DNA of 62,286 nucleotides from Alphaproteobacteria bacterium (GTDB lineage Bacteria; Pseudomonadota; Alphaproteobacteria; UBA9655): NCBI GenBank assembly GCA_041690915.1, contig JBEPVR010000002.1, positions 1 to 62,286 of the forward strand, read 5' to 3'. Shown piece by piece: positions 61,734 to 62,286 of this stretch (position 1 is its first letter; each line of letters starts with the position of its first letter). The notes under the pieces were generated by a model. It saw only the letters and a program-made list of their open reading frames with translations, ran no database searches and was not told where the DNA came from. The position numbers and the translations under genes were made by a program.

Positions 61734-62286
61734 ATGTTTATTGTTTTAAAAAAAGTTGTTTTAGTTCCTTCTCTCATGTTTTCTTTAGTATTAGGAAACC
61801 TATTATTTCTTGGACACGAGGCTGCAGCAGCAAGAATTTTTGAGAGAAAGAAAATTGCACGCGCTGATTTAATTAAACGGAAAGAAGCCGTTATACGTTC
61901 CCGCCCCGCGAGAAGGGGGATCCCAAGGAAAGCAAACAGTCGAGTTGCAGCGATAGGTCGCCGGAAAGCAAACCGTGTCGCAATTCAAAAAGCTCGAGTT
62001 GCAGCGATAGGTCGTCGGAAAGAAAATCATGTCGCAATTCAAAAAGCTCGAGTTGCAGCGGGACTTCGTCATAAAGTAAACCCCGCACTCGAACGAAAAG
62101 TAGCGGAAGGTCGTCGCGTAGAAGCAGAGAGACTCAGACTTGCAGACGTTGCACGCCTTGCAGCAGAAGAAGCAGAGAGAATTAGACTTGCAGACGTTGC
62201 TCGCCTTGCAGCAGAAGAAGCAGAGAGACTAAGACTTGCAGACGTTGCACGCCTTGCAGCAGAAGAAGCAGAGAGAATTAGACTTG
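61734..62286 (+). CDS. Signal-peptide/anchor-bearing repeat protein; 3' end lies outside the window
   Basis: Not in the ORF track because no stop lies within the window. My manual translation is open from the ATG at 61734 to the window end: MFIVLKKVVLVPSLMFSLVLGNLLFLGHEAAAA..., then basic RVAAIGRRKxNxVAIQKA repeats, then AERLRLADVARLAAEE repeats. Confidence 0.6.
   Translation, partial: MFIVLKKVVLVPSLMFSLVLGNLLFLGHEAAAARIFERKKIARADLIKRKEAVIRSRPARRGIPRKANSRVAAIGRRKANRVAIQKARVAAIGRRKENHVAIQKARVAAGLRHKVNPALERKVAEGRRVEAERLRLADVARLAAEEAERIRLADVARLAAEEAERLRLADVARLAAEEAERIRL
61941..62064 (+). repeat. 54-nt in-frame tandem repeat, two full copies plus a partial third
   Basis: Units start at 61941, 61995 and 62049 (cgagttgcagcgataggtcg.cggaaag...gtcgcaattcaaaaagct). 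Confidence 0.8.
62121..62286 (+). repeat. 48-nt in-frame tandem repeat, three full copies plus a partial fourth cut by the window end
   Basis: Units start at 62121, 62169, 62217 and 62265 (gaagcagagaga.t.agacttgcagacgttgc.cgccttgcagcagaa). They are nearly identical. Confidence 0.85.

Noticed and set aside
61869-62088. Two minus-strand ORFs (67 and 65 aa) listed in the ORF track
   Set aside because: They are antisense to the tandem-repeat region of the + strand ORF that starts at 61734. They are themselves just repeats (CNSSFLNCD...), an artefact of the repeat periodicity.

Overview
This 62.3-kb window is mostly housekeeping genes and looks alphaproteobacterial. That call is an inference from gene content: split glyQ/glyS, a ybjN-proC pair, a yfgM-like/bamB/der cluster, an RcGTA-type terminase, a COQ9-like gene and a Rickettsia-like single-HKD phospholipase D. 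The nucleoside-salvage genes (tdk, cdd), several decayed accessory genes and candidate secreted proteins suggest a host-associated or intracellular lifestyle with ongoing gene decay. Core genes recognised: apaG, two class A PBPs, ligA, recN, an ABC-F ATPase, tRNA-Arg(CCU), typA, recF, gyrB, idi, tdk, cdd, ygfZ, glyQS, rluB, proC, glnA, bamB, der and acnA. The most unusual content is as follows. (1) Five tandem paralogous genes (5.3-9.6 kb) encode N-terminally membrane-anchored proteins that all keep a Cys-x5-Arg phosphatase loop (HFHC-xx-GKGRT). They resemble PTP-like phytases or phosphoinositide phosphatases. I consider this the best candidate for an undescribed host-interaction system. (2) An AT-rich 11-kb c-di-GMP signalling cluster lies just downstream of tRNA-Arg. 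It holds three large GGDEF-EAL proteins with different sensor modules and a FIST / atypical histidine kinase / REC-GGDEF-EAL module. (3) Two proteins cut by the window edges contain in-frame charged tandem repeats. (4) There is an orphan but intact GTA-type terminase, a secreted 406-aa orphan protein, and three decayed accessory genes (MNT-like nucleotidyltransferase, RhuM-like, RelE/ParE-like). I found no CRISPR array, rRNA, transposase or integrase. All homology calls come from motif recognition by eye and need database confirmation.
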